DNA from: Camelus dromedarius
Lineage: Eukaryota
Assembly: GCF_036321535.1 (NCBI RefSeq)
Contig: NC_087436.1
Location: forward strand, 10,230,001 to 10,294,000
Direction of reading: 5' to 3'
Length of the DNA stretch: 64,000 nt
A program made the translations under genes and the position numbers. The number at the start of each line of letters is the position of its first letter. Positions within the stretch are counted from its first letter, which is position 1. This document shows positions 12,521 through 24,541 of the stretch, piece by piece. The notes beneath the pieces were generated by a model. That model was not told where the DNA came from. It did not search any database and saw only the letters and a program-made list of their open reading frames with translations.

Positions 12521-14865
12521 TTTAATGTAAATTTTCTAAAAAAAAAAAAAAAGGCAAAGCTTTTCCCACTCTGGAAGTGTGGGTGTGATGGCATGATGGT
12601 TTAAGTTAAATTCCAGGTCACAATGTATTTTCTCTGCGGAGGCATTGATAAGGTGGGAAGGAGGGCAGAGTCTCCCTGTGGGACAAATGCCAGGAACAGA
12701 AAAGGAAGGACTCAGGAGCTGCTTCTGCTTTGCAGCTGTGGCTGAGACGGGTCCTGCCTAGGCCAGTCTGAAGCAGCAGGAGTGCCCTTCACAGGCGATC
12801 GCTGCTTCTCTGGCAGGTCACCTTCCTCCCCTACAGGGGGGCCCCTGGTGCTCAGCCTGGGGCTTTTTCCCTACATGTGATCTCACATACAGATTTCATC
12901 CACTTCCCAGGCATCACGGTCACCTCCCTGAGAACGGTACCCACCTCGACATGCCCTCCCTGGCCTTGAGAAGATTCTCGCTTTTAAGTGCCACTGCCCT
13001 GTGTCTGTATATCATGTTAATGACCATTGCAAAGATGCAGCTGTTCACTGTTGGTCTGTGTGTAGTTCAGTAATGCTGGAAAAATCTCCCAGGCCCAGCC
13101 TTGCCTGCTCTCCCAGGTTTCAGTAACGTGACTTACACTGTCTGCTGAACAGTTGACCCTGGGACGTCATGGTCACTACAAACAGCCTGCCTGTAATTGA
13201 ACTCATTATGCCTTTCCCAAACAAACTGACCTCTGACCGACCTCCTCCGCCTTTGTCAGTCACATCAGCCTTCCCTGCCTTCCAAGCTCCAAGGTCTGGT
13301 GTCGTTCCTGACCCCTCCGTCTGGTGCCCTCACCAATTCCAGCACTACGATTGCTCCCGCTCACCTGGGAGCGTCATCCGAGGGGGTTGCCCGAAGGCCA
13401 CCGGTTCCTCCCTTTGAGTACCCTGCAGCATCCTCACCCCCTCATCCTATGGAAGGAGGCTTCGCCACATCGCAACACCTTCTCCTAAGTCTAGGATCTT
13501 TCCCAGTATCCCTTCAGGGACGCTGTGACTGCTCTGTGTATGTGATCCTTCATCAAGCGTGCTTCGTTTAGCAAAGGCTGTTCTGCAGTATTTTTTGCAG
13601 TGGAATCTTCTTTTTTTTTCTTACAGGAATGTTAGAGAACCCCAACTTTCTGGTGGAAGATGTGCTAACAGGAACACAAGCGCCCTGATCAGCCCTCAGC
13701 CGTGGGGCAGCCTCCTTGGTACCCAGCAAGGCGGTTTGAAAACAGATGCACAGAACAGAGCTAAGCTCCCTGGAAGAATGTGCATGTGCTCTTCACCATG
13801 TCACGGAAAAAAAATTCCCGTTATTATCAATCTATGCAAACCTTCCACCCTCGTCACATGAGTTCTCACGGAAGCCTCAGGCACGCCGAGCTGTTCCCTC
13901 GTCCTTGTCTCGGCCCTGAGCTCCTGGAAGCCAGCCAGGCATCTCTGCCAGACTAACTTCTCCTCTCTCAGCCCCGATCCCACCTCTTCAGCGGTTCCCG
14001 GATTGCACTGCCTCTCGGTAACTTTTCTTTCCTCAAATTCCTGCGGTATTCCTCTCTTTAAACTCACCCTGTACTATCTTGAACTTTCATCTTTTCAAGC
14101 GTACATTCGATTGCTCCCACTCGATTCTAGGCCGTTTAAGGGAAGACTCAAGTCTTTTGTCACTTTTTATCTTCAGCAGCTAGTATAATACGCTGCCTGG
14201 AGGATTTGCTTCGTGGGTATATTTGGATGATAACCCACAGCAAGAAATGGTAACTGCAGGCCCATCGATCTCACTTTCATTAATAGAAGTCTAAGTGAAA
14301 TATTCCATCTTTCAAAATGTTCCTCCAGAGTAGCGCTTTTAGGAGAAACAGTCACTTCGGCTTTAATTACAGGCACTGCTTTTACCTCCAATTACCATTA
14401 ACGTCTCCAACTCGTTTCTTCGACTGTCTTTCATTCAGTTATGTTGGAGTAGCTTTGGGGGAATAACAACAGATGTTTGAAAGTGGGGAGTTCTTAGTCG
14501 AGACCAGAAATAGTACAGCATTCCATCCCCCAACATTTTAGCAAAGCCACGCTTGAACCATATTCAAAAGACTACAAGAAACTAACTTGCATTAGTATAG
14601 AAGTCAAATGGGGTCACTTCTCTTTTAAGTCCCTTCACATGCTTACCTGGCCCACCCCACCTCTCCGCCCTAATCTCCACCACCCACCCTGCTCACCACA
14701 CCCTGGCCACCACCCAGACGTGGGTCTGGGTTCCTGGGACCTCGGTGGCATGCTGCCTGGACCGCCTTGTCTGTTTCTCCTTGATCAATTCCTGCCAGCC
14801 TCGACCCTCAGTCAGCTTGTCATTTTCTTCCCTTTTTTTTTTTTAATCTCTTTTTTGTGTGTCTT

Positions 14866-14990
14866 TTTTTTTTTTTTTTTTGGATGGGGGTAGGTAATTA
14901 GGTTTATTTATTTACTTATTTATTTTAATGGAGGCCCTGGGGCTTGAACCCAGGACCTCATGCATGCTATACTGAACTATACCCTCCCCC
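14866..14990 (-). mobile_element. Camelid-type tRNA-derived SINE (Vic-like)
   Basis: taatggaggccctggggcttgaacccaggacctcatgcatgcta..ctataccctcccc with an AT-rich/poly-T tail. Confidence 0.8.
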
Positions 14991-16214
14991 AACAGCTTGT
15001 CATTTTCTTAAGAGAATTCTTTTCTGATTTCCTACCATAGGTACCCTTTCTTCATTGTATGTTCTTCCATTCCTCCTCACCATTGTAATCGTGTATTAAC
15101 TGTGAAATTGTTTTCTGTCCCTGGCCCCCATCAGACTGTAAGCTCTCAGATCTCAGAAACCATACACACCTTCAGCTGTAGTATTTTCAAACAAATCTTG
15201 AGGCCTCATGAATGCTTGAGTGAATAACTAAATGTGCATTTTATAAATGACCATCTCCTAAAACTTTCAGAGAAACAAACCATTAGAATATTATTTCCAT
15301 CCAGACCTGATGGACATAGGAAGCTTTCTCTGGGTCATGTGATTCACATGCAACACACAGACTTGTTTTTATAAAAGAACTTCAACTTTCATAAAAAACA
15401 AGCCCCCCCCCACCCCTCAAACCACGTATTTCGCCACCCGAACTTCACTGGCCCCCAAACAGAATCCATGCAACTGAAATGACGATGGATAATATGAAAA
15501 TGTGAAAGCCTTGTTTTGTTCAAAGTGATCTCACTTGTGCATCCCAGCCTGGATAGTCACAGCAGTCTTTTAAACGTGAAGTTAATTTGGAAAATGTACA
15601 CAGCTGAGTCAAAAAATGCACGCAAGCAGGCTCAAAGCCACGCCACACTCTTTGAGGACACGATGATCACCAAAGTTAATGTGGTCTCCTTCCCTGGGGG
15701 CTCCAGCAACCCCACTGATATGGCTGTGACCCGTTTCTGTGTCCTTTTAGTCTCCAATTACCCTGCTGAGTCAGACAACTGGAGAACAAATTAGCACCAA
15801 CCGCAGAGATTTTTTTTCTGATACAAAAAAAAAAAAATCTGACCTTAAAACGTCCAAGTGTCTACTATCCTCTGCCAGGGTGCTAACAGTTCATCAAATG
15901 TGCACTGAAGAGTCTAAGGGTGACACTAAGCGACACTGGCTTGTCACTCCCTTGGCCAGCATAAATCCTTATGCAATTAAAAGGAGGAAGAGGGGGGAAT
16001 CTAATTCTAATCTGGAACAGCTTTCAATCCCCCCTCCCAGATACCTCTGCATCCTTCTTCTCCTCCCCTTCTCTCCTTGAATCACCTTGCATCCAGTCAG
16101 ACCAAGAACAGTATGAATAAACGCTATGTTGGAGGGCAGGTGACACACACACTTAACTCACAGCAGGGGGACATCTATCTGGACGGCACCACGTCTCTCT
16201 CTGCAGTGACTGAC

Positions 16215-16982
16215 CTGCACGCTTCTAAATCCTCAGACCCGTCCTGGTGGGTGGCGGGAGGCTTCTGGGCAGGGTTATTCACCTGGGACCCAGCATCGTC
16301 CACAAACTTGCCCCCTTCTTTCGCTGCTGGTGTTTCAGGGCTGGAATCTGTCTCTGAAAACCTTTTCTTGATTGTTTCACTTTGCCCGAGACCAGGCAGG
16401 CGCTGACGACCCCGGTGGCGGGACCTGCCTTTGCTTCCCTCATGGCTTCTTAAGGGTCTCTTCATCTCAGAGGCCCCTCCCAGCAGGGAAGGACCGCATT
16501 CTTGGTACCTGGTGCCTTCTCCCCTGTGGAGACTTAAGGAGCTCTCCCCCTCCGTCAGCCGTGCTGGCGCCTGACCCTGGGATCCCACATCTCCTGGCTC
16601 AATTCCACCAGCAGCAGAGGACTCATCCAAGTTGCCACTTGGTTTGTTTCTAATTCTCCTCCTCCTCCGTGCCAGGTGGAACTTCACTTGGGCTGCTCTC
16701 TTTGCCTGGATCCAGTGACTCTCGTCTGCGGTGGTGGAGTCTGACGAATCTGTGTCGGTCTCCCTCCATCGAGGGCTGGAGATCTGGAGGTGAACATCCT
16801 TTCTCCTCCCTGTGGCTCGTTCTTCTGCACACTCGTGTCTGTCCGCCACCCTCCTCCTCCTCCTCCTCCTCAGCCTCCGTTTGACTGATTTCTGACCAGA
16901 CTCCTTCCTAGCAGGGCCCAGCACCGTGACAGGGGTGCTTTGCTCAAAGGCCGCTTCTGACAAGTCATGTAAGACGGCAGAT
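16215..16982 (-). CDS. MARCHF1: MARCHF1 long-isoform cassette exon, 768 nt / 256 codons (SAVLHDLSE...DGSEDLEACR)
   Basis: Lies within ORF 16175..17095. Acceptor ctttgtctag|A at 16983/16982; donor TGCAG|gtcagt at 16215/16214. Phase 2 to phase 2, length divisible by 3, no stops, 280 nt downstream of the 80-nt exon. Confidence 0.9.
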
Positions 16983-17262
16983 CTAGACAAAGCGGCGGGC
17001 GAAGGATGGGAGACGGGAGTGGAGAGGAAAGCCACGGGAAAACAGAGAGAGAGAGTGATGAAAACGAACGCATGGACCCGAAGGTGGTTCAGCAAAGATC
17101 GAATGAGGGAAACGCACTACAGGCAAAAATTACGCTGGTGTAAAACATCCCTGGACAAATGTACAGCAGAAGCAAGAACCACACACGGTCTGAATCTCCG
17201 ACAAGAACACGCAACACTGGTCTAAAAAAAACACTGAACAGGGTCATCAGCTGAGCACTTAC

Positions 17263-17342
17263 CTGCAGATGTCCTGAGTGGATGGACAGACGGACAACCG
17301 TGACTGGCTCCTGGGAGCTGTCCCTGTCGTTGGGCTGCTGGC
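17263..17342 (-). CDS. MARCHF1: MARCHF1 shared coding exon, 80 nt ([27 protein letters not shown])
   Basis: Peptide matches the MARCH1 segment just before the RING-CH domain. Acceptor ttgtttctccag|GCC at 17343/17342; donor TGCAG|gtaagt at 17263/17262 (phase 0 to phase 2). Confidence 0.96.
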
Positions 17343-17453
17343 CTGGAGAAACAAGTTAGATAATTTGGCATCTTGGTTAAGGTAATACATGGTCGAGATC
17401 TTGCTTTTTTTCCACATGTTTAAAAAGTTACAACAAACGCGACTGTCGGTCAT
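17263..17453 (-). CDS. MARCHF1: MARCHF1 short-isoform first coding exon ([40 protein letters not shown]...DICR)
   Basis: ORF 17259..17507 contains the alternative N-terminus I recall from human MARCH1 isoform 2 (MT...[32 protein letters not shown]). ATG at 17453 has A at -3 and reads in frame through the internal acceptor. Confidence 0.9.
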
Positions 17454-17650
17454 GTTGCTTGTAAGGCAGCTCATCGAATGTAGGAAGTCAGAGGGCTCGT
17501 TTTGCAAAAGTAAAACTTGTTTGAGGAACTTGGACCAGCTGAGAGGCTGTGCCGCTTGGCTGTTGCTTCATTTGTGAGAGAGGAAGATGATTCCACAAGT
17601 TTCTATTCTATTTACTGTAAACTTTTGAGTGGAATGGCTCAACTTGCCTT
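17454..17650 (-). promoter_or_regulatory. MARCHF1: Putative 5' UTR / internal promoter of the short MARCHF1 isoform
   Basis: Repeat-free sequence upstream of ATG 17453 with three ETS/PU.1-like cores: taggaagt ~17481, gaggaact ~17523, gaggaaga ~17580. TSS position cannot be determined from sequence. Confidence 0.5.
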
Positions 17651-18689
17651 GGAGACAAATGGGTGACACTTGAATATCCTATGATAGAAAGGACTTAATG
17701 GCTATTTTTGTGACAAAGATGATGATATTCTGGGAGGCCTGAATAATCAAGTAGCCATTAGGTGGCTGGAAACTGCCTGGAGTTACATGAAGTCACCTTA
17801 AGGCCCCATGAGATGACATATCTTTAAAATGTTGTGTTGTTCAAAAGCCTACAGTTGTCATTATTATTATTATTTCACCATTGAATCTAATAAAATCTAC
17901 CCGTCACAACATTATTGAACTTCTGTATCTTTTAACCTCATGACCATGTTGAGCCTGAGAAAAAAGAGAGCCTGAACTTATGGAGATGGTTGGCACAGAT
18001 TTAAGCACATTTTATGAAACTCCCACCTTTGAAACACAGCATTTTTGTCACTGTTTTGACTTCTCTACCTGTTGCATTTAGCACAGACGTTGATGACAAA
18101 TCAAAAGCTAGACTGAATTAAGAGTTTACTGTGTGCCAATCACTGTGCTGCGTGGTTTATCTACTGTCTCTTTAATTCTCACAATCTCACAAGTGGGAAA
18201 TAATAATAATAAGCAGCTTTGAGTGATTATTATGTGCCACTGTTCTAAGTAATTTTCACATGTTCATTCATTAACGCTCACAAGAAACACATGTGGCAAA
18301 TACTAGGCTTATTTCCATGTTACAGATGGGAAACTGGGAACTGGTGCTGCTCCTTACTAGTGGGTAATAGAGCAGAGCTTTAGGTGAGAAATCCTGCTTT
18401 TCCATCTGTTTTCATACCTCCCTAGCAAGGTACCCACCCCCACCCCTTTACACAGCAAAAATTGAGGGAGTACCAGGCCCAGACTGAGGCCAGTCTAACT
18501 GCACAGATAAAACTTCTACCAAGAAAATAACAGAAAAAGTGAAAAGATTCACCCCAAATGTCAAAGTAGTTCTAAAAATCCTCATATTAAAGATACATGC
18601 ATCACTGGGATATTGTGCTGTATACCAGAAATCAACACACTGTAACTGACTATACTTCAACTAAGAAAAATGTTGAAAAAAGATTTATA

Positions 18690-21600
18690 CACAGAAATCA
18701 AAAGCAAGAAAAAAAACTGCAAAACCCACATACATGTGGAGGCCAAACAATATGCTACTAAACAACCAATGGCTCCCTAAAGAAATTAAAGAAGAAATAA
18801 AAAATACCTGAAAATGAAAACACAATGATCCAAATTTTGTAGGACTCAGCAAAAGCATTTCTACAAGGTAAGTTTATAGCAATAAAAGCTCACCTCGGGA
18901 AACAAGAAAAATCTCAAACAACCTTATTCTTATACCTAAAAGAACTAGAAAAAGAAGAATAAACAAAACCCAAATTTAGTAGAAGGAAAGATATAAAGAT
19001 CAGAGAAGAAATAAATGAAATGCAGAATAAAAAAAAATAGAAAAGATCAATGAAACGAAGAGCTGGTTCTTCAAAAAGATAAAGAAAATTGATAAACTTT
19101 TAGCCACACTCATCAAGAACAAAAAAGAGAGGGTCCAAATCAATAAAATCAGAAATGAAAAAGAAGTTACAAGCAGCAGCACAGAAATACGAAAGATCAT
19201 AAGAGACTACGACAAGCAACTATACCGCAATAAAATGGACAGCCTAGAAGAAATGGTCAAATCCTTAGAAGTGCAGAATCTTCCCAGACTTAATCAGGAA
19301 GAAACAGAAAATATGAACAGACTAATTACCAGTGATGAAATTGAATCAGTAATAAAAAAAAAAAAACTTCCCAACAAAGAAAAGTCTAGAACCAGAGGGC
19401 TTCACAGGTGAACTCTACCAAACATTTAGAGAAGAGTTGAAACTATTTCAAAAAGTTGCTGAGGAAGGAGTGCTTCTGAACTCATTCTGAGGCCACCGTC
19501 ACCCTGATACCAAAACAAGAGAAATATATCACAAAAAAAGAATATTACAGGACAAAATCACTATTGAATATAGATGCAAAAACTTTAAAAAAATATTAGC
19601 AAATCAAATCCAACAATACATTAAAAGTATCATACACCATGATCAAGTGGGATTTATCCCAGAGATGCAAGGATTTTTCAATATTGGCAAATAAATAAAT
19701 GTGATACACCACATTAACAAACTGAAGAATAAAAACCATTCAATCATCTCAATAGATACAGAAAAGGCTTTTGACAAAATCCAACATCCATTCATGACAA
19801 AAACTCTCCAGTAAGTGGGCATAGATGGAACATACCTCAACATAATAAAGGCATATATGATAAACCCACAGCTAACATCATATTCAATGATGAAAAGCTG
19901 AAAGCATTTCCTCCAAGATCAGGAACAAGACAAGGATGCCCATTCTTGCCACTTTTATTCAACATAGTTTTGGAAATCCTAGCCACAGCAATTAGATAAG
20001 AAAAAGAAATAAAAGGAGTACAAATTGGAAAAGAAGTAAAACTGTCACTGTTTGCAGATGACATGATACTTACACACAGAAAATCCTAAAGAGGCTACCA
20101 GAAAACTGCTAAAGCTCATCAATGAATTCAGTAAAGTTTCAGGATCCAGAATTAAAATACAGAAATCTGTTGCATTTCTATACTAACAACAAAGTATCAG
20201 AGAGAGAAATTAAGGGAACAATCCAATTTACCATCACATCAAAAAGAATAAAATACCTGATTGGAAGAATCAATATTGTTGAAATGGACATATTACCCAA
20301 GGCAATCGACAGATTCAGTGCAATTCCTGTCACAATATCAAGGGTATTTTTCACAGAAACTGGAACAAATAATTTTAAAATTTGTATGGGAACACAAAAG
20401 ACTCCAAATAGTCAAAACAATCTTGAGTGAGAAGAATGGAGCTGGAGGAATCATGGTGCCTGACTTCAGACTATACTCCAAAGCTACAGTAATCAAAACA
20501 GTATGGTATTGGCACAAACACAGACAAGTAGATCAGTGGAACAGGGTAGAAAGCCCCAGAAATAAACCCATGCACTTATGGCAATTAATCTACAACAAAG
20601 GAGGCAGGAATATACAACAGAGAAAAGACAGCCTCTTCAATCAGTGGTGCTGGGAAAACTGGACAGCTACATGTAAAAGAATGAAATTAGAACATTTCCT
20701 CACACCATATACAAATATAAACTCAAAATGAATTGAAAACCAAAATGTAAGACAGAAACCATCAAACTCCTAGAGGAGAACATAGGCAGGACACTCTTTG
20801 ACATAAATTGTAGCAATATTTTGGGGGATCCATCTCCTAAAGCAAAGAAAATAAAAGCAAAAATAAACAAATGGTGCTGCAACATGGATGGACTTGGAGA
20901 TCATGATTCTAAGAGAAGTAAGCCAGAAAGAGAAAGAAAAATACCATATGATATCACTTCTATATGGAATCTAAAAGAAAGACACAAATGAACTTATTTA
21001 CTAAACAGAAACAGACTCACAGACATAGAAAACAAACTTAAGGTTACTGGGGTGGGGGAGGGGAAGAGCATGGGAAAGGATAAATTGGGAGTTTGAGATT
21101 TGCAGATACTAACTACTATATATAAAATAGATAAACAACAAGTTTCTTCTGTATATCACAAGGAACTATATTCAATATCTTGTAGTAACTTACGACAAAG
21201 AACATAAAAACGAATAATGTATGTATATGCATGACTGAAACTTTATGCTGTACACCAGAAATCGATACAACATTATAAACTGACTATACTTGAATTGAAA
21301 AAAAGAGTAAATCAAAAAGAAACAAGTGGGACCTAATTAAACTTAAAAGCTTTTGCACAGCAAAGGAAACCATGGACAAAATGAAAAGACAACTTTTTGA
21401 ATGTAAGAAAATATTTGCAAATGATATGACTGATAAGGGGATAATATCCAATATATATACAAATCAACATCAAAAAAAAAACCCCAAACCCAACCTGACT
21501 AAAACAATGGGCAGAAGAACTGAATAGACATTTTTCCAAGGAGGACATGCAGATGGCCAACAGGCACATGAAAAGAGGCACAACATTGCTAATCATCAGG

Positions 21601-22410
21601 GAAATGCAAATTAAAACTATAGTGAGATAAAACCTCACACCTGTCAGAATGGCCATCATCAAAAAAACACAAACGGCAAGTGTTGGCAAGGATGTGAAGA
21701 GGGAACCCTTGTGCACTGTTAGTGGGAATGTAAATTGGTCCAGCTACTGTGGAAAACAATACGGAAGTTTCTTAAAACACTAAAATGACCCAGTAATTCC
21801 ATTCCTAGGCAAATATCTGGAAAAAAAAACAAAAAACACTACTTGGAAAAGATATATGCATTCCAGTGTTCACAATAGCATTATTTACAATTGAGAAGAT
21901 ATGGGAGCAACCTAAGTGTTCATCAATGGATGAATGGACAAAGAAGATGTGTGTACACAAATACTACTACTAGAATACTACTCAGCCATAAAAAAGAATG
22001 AAATTTTGCCATTTGCAACAATGAATGGACTTGGAGGGTACTGAGCTTAGTGAAACAGAGAAAGACAAATACTGTCTGATATCACTTATATGTGGGCTCT
22101 GAAAAATAAAAAAAACTAGTGAATATAACAACAAAAAAAACAGACTCACGAATATAGAAAACAAACTAGTGGTTACCAGTGGGGAGAGGGAAGGGGGGAG
22201 GGAGAAGATAGGGGTAAGAGATTAAGAGATACAAACTACTATGTATGAAATAAATAAGCTACAAGGATATACAGCACAACACAGGGAATATAACCAATCT
22301 TTTATAATAACTATAAATGGGTATAACCTTTAAAGATTGTGAATCACTATGTTTTACGCCTGAAACATATAATACTGTATGTATCAAATATACTTCAATT
22401 TTAAAAAACT
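18690..22410 (+). mobile_element. 5'-truncated, disabled L1 (ORF2 RT to C-terminus + 3' UTR), antisense to MARCHF1
   Basis: Recognisable ORF2 sequence (caccatgatcaagtgggattt, tttgcagatgacatgat = FADDM; ORF 20261..20731 with [20 protein letters not shown]). Frameshifts, stops and an apparent internal deletion near 20258. Confidence 0.95.
20875..21314 (+). mobile_element. Younger L1 3' end nested in the older L1 ORF2
   Basis: L1 3' UTR interrupts ORF2. Flanked by ~15-bp TSD aaaataaacaaatgg (20860-20874) / aaaagaaacaagtgg (21315-21329). Confidence 0.88.
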
Positions 22411-22509
22411 GAAAGAAAACAATATACACAGAAGATTGTGGGATTCAGAGGAAAAGAAACTAATTCTAACTCAAGAGGTCAGAAAACCTTCAAGCGGAAG
22501 TCAGAAGGC

Positions 22510-22798
22510 TGCATAATACTCCCACTCACCCCCACCCAAGTCACCCAAGATGTCAACATCCTAATCCCTGGAATTTGTGAGTATGTGTCCTGATAAACAA
22601 AAGGGGCTTTGCAGATGTGATTATGTTAAGGATCTGGAGACAGGGGAGATGATCCCGCATTATCTTGGTTGGTGGGCCCAGTGTACGTCATCAAGGGGGT
22701 TCTTCTAAGAGGGAGGCAGCAGAGTTACAGTCGGAGAGAGAAGAGGCACAGATGGGAGCAGAGGTCAGAGAGGAGGGGAGATGCTATGCTTCTGCCTT

Positions 22799-22849
<51 letters not shown>

Positions 22850-23848
22850 TTTTTAATTGAAGTACAGTCAGTTACAATGTGTCAACTTCTGGTGTAAGGC
22901 ACAATGTCCCAGTCATATATATACATACATATATTTGTTTTCATATTTTCAAATTAAAGGTTATTATAAGATATTGAACATAGTTCCCTGTGCTGTACAA
23001 AAGAAACTTTTGAAAAATCTATTTTTATATATGGTGGCTAACATTTGTAAATTTCAAACTCCGAAATTTATCCCCTCCCACTTCCTTTTCCCGGTAACCA
23101 TGCTTGTTTACTAAGTCTGCTAGTCTGCTTCTGCTTTGTAGATGAGTCAATAGTGTCCCTTTTTTTTTAGATTCTACATATGAATGATATCATATTTTTT
23201 TTTTCTCTTTCTGGCTTACTTCCCTTAGGATGATGATCTCTAGGTCCACCCATGTTGCTACAAATGGCATTACTTTATTATTTTTTATGGCTGAGTAGTA
23301 TTCCGTTGTATATATACACCACATCTTCTTTACCCAGTCATCTGTCGATGGACATTTAGGTTGTTTCCATGTCTTGGCTATTGTATATAGTGCTGCTATG
23401 AACATTGGGGTGCATGTATCTTTTTGAATGAGAGTTCTCTCTGGATATATGCCCAGGAGTGGGATTGCTGAATCACATGGTAAGTCTATTTTTAGTCTTT
23501 TGAGGAATCTCCATACTGTTTCCCATAATGGCTGCACCATACTGCATTCCCACCAGCAGTGTAAGAGGGTTCCCTTTTCTCCACACCCTCTCCAGCTTCT
23601 CCCTTTGAAGAGGGAGGGTGAGGACCCGAGCCAAGGAATGCAGGTGGCCTGTAGGAGCTGGAAAAGACCAGAAAACAAGCTCCCCTCGAGCCTCCAGGAG
23701 GCACACGGTCCTGCTGACATGTGATCTGTAGCCCAGCGAGACCCACGTTTGACTTCTGACCTCTAGAACTGGAAGATGATACATTTGCATTGTTTCATGG
23801 CAACACGATCGTGGCAATTTGTTGAAGCAGTCATAGGAAACTAATACA
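22510..23848 (+). mobile_element. MLT1 (MaLR, MLT1D-like) solo LTR split by an L1
   Basis: ccaagatgtc..atcctaatccctggaa..tgtga ... ctttgcagatgtgatt; resumes with agccaaggaatgcaggtggcc ... ataggaaactaataca. Confidence 0.85.
22801..23594 (-). mobile_element. Young 5'-truncated L1, sense to MARCHF1
   Basis: Open ORF2 C-terminus ([15 protein letters not shown]...TWKQPKCPS). 13-bp TSD gcttctgcctttg (22788-22800) / gcttctccctttg (23595-23607). Tail carries (TA)n. Confidence 0.93.
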
Positions 23849-24339
23849 TGACAGAACTCTTCAGTGAGTCTCAAAAGGAAAGGAGGAGTTACTAAAGCAG
23901 AGATTAAAAATATTCTAGGCAGAGGAAGCAGTGTGCCGAGAGCGAAGGCTGGCGTCTTTAACGTGCTCCAACAGGGTGATCTGCAACTGTGTCCTTGTGA
24001 CTTTTAATTTTCTTGGTCTTTTCTATCAATCCATGAATGCTGTGTCTTTTTAAAGTCTTTGAACATCATCTTTGGACACCAGTCCAATGTTCAGTGATCT
24101 CTTGAGTATTTGTATTAGAACTCACTTGTTTCAAGTCTTCTAACCTAGATTAACTTCCTATATGGACCCATTGAACAGCATAGCTGGTTTTTGTAAAATA
24201 CAAGCATTTCTGTACTCTAAGCCGTAAGCAGTAAGTTTTGTTGGATTGTGTATGGTTTATTCCACTGAGGTTAGTAGAAAGCTCTATATACAGCAGGCAT
24301 TGAGTAAAGGCCACAATGTGATGTTTGCTACCCATTCTC

Positions 24340-24541
24340 TTTTTTTTTTTTCGTAATTTTTAATTGAAGTGTAGTCAACTTACAATGTTAGTTTCAGATG
24401 TACAGCAAAGTGATTCAGTTATACACATATATTTCAGATTCTTTTCCATTAAAACTCATTATGAGAAACTGAATCTAGTTCCCTGTGCTATACAGTAGGT
24501 CCTTGTTGTTTATCTATTTTATATACAGTAGTGTGTATCTA
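24340..24541 (-). mobile_element. L1 3' UTR fragment
   Basis: Poly-T, then aattgaagtgtagtcaacttacaat ... ccctgtgctatacagtagg. Confidence 0.8.

Noticed and set aside
16175..17095. 306-aa ORF as a stand-alone single-exon gene
   Set aside because: Canonical splice sites delimit 16215-16982 in phase with the neighbouring MARCHF1 exon. The extra N-terminal part is the intron's polypyrimidine tract.
18690..22410. Active L1 or domesticated reverse transcriptase
   Set aside because: 5'-truncated, with frameshifts, stops, a deletion and a nested insertion.
23190..23720. 176-aa ORF as a novel LTR-L1 fusion protein
   Set aside because: Chance read-through from antisense MLT1 sequence into a truncated L1 ORF2 C-terminus; no sign of a promoter or function.
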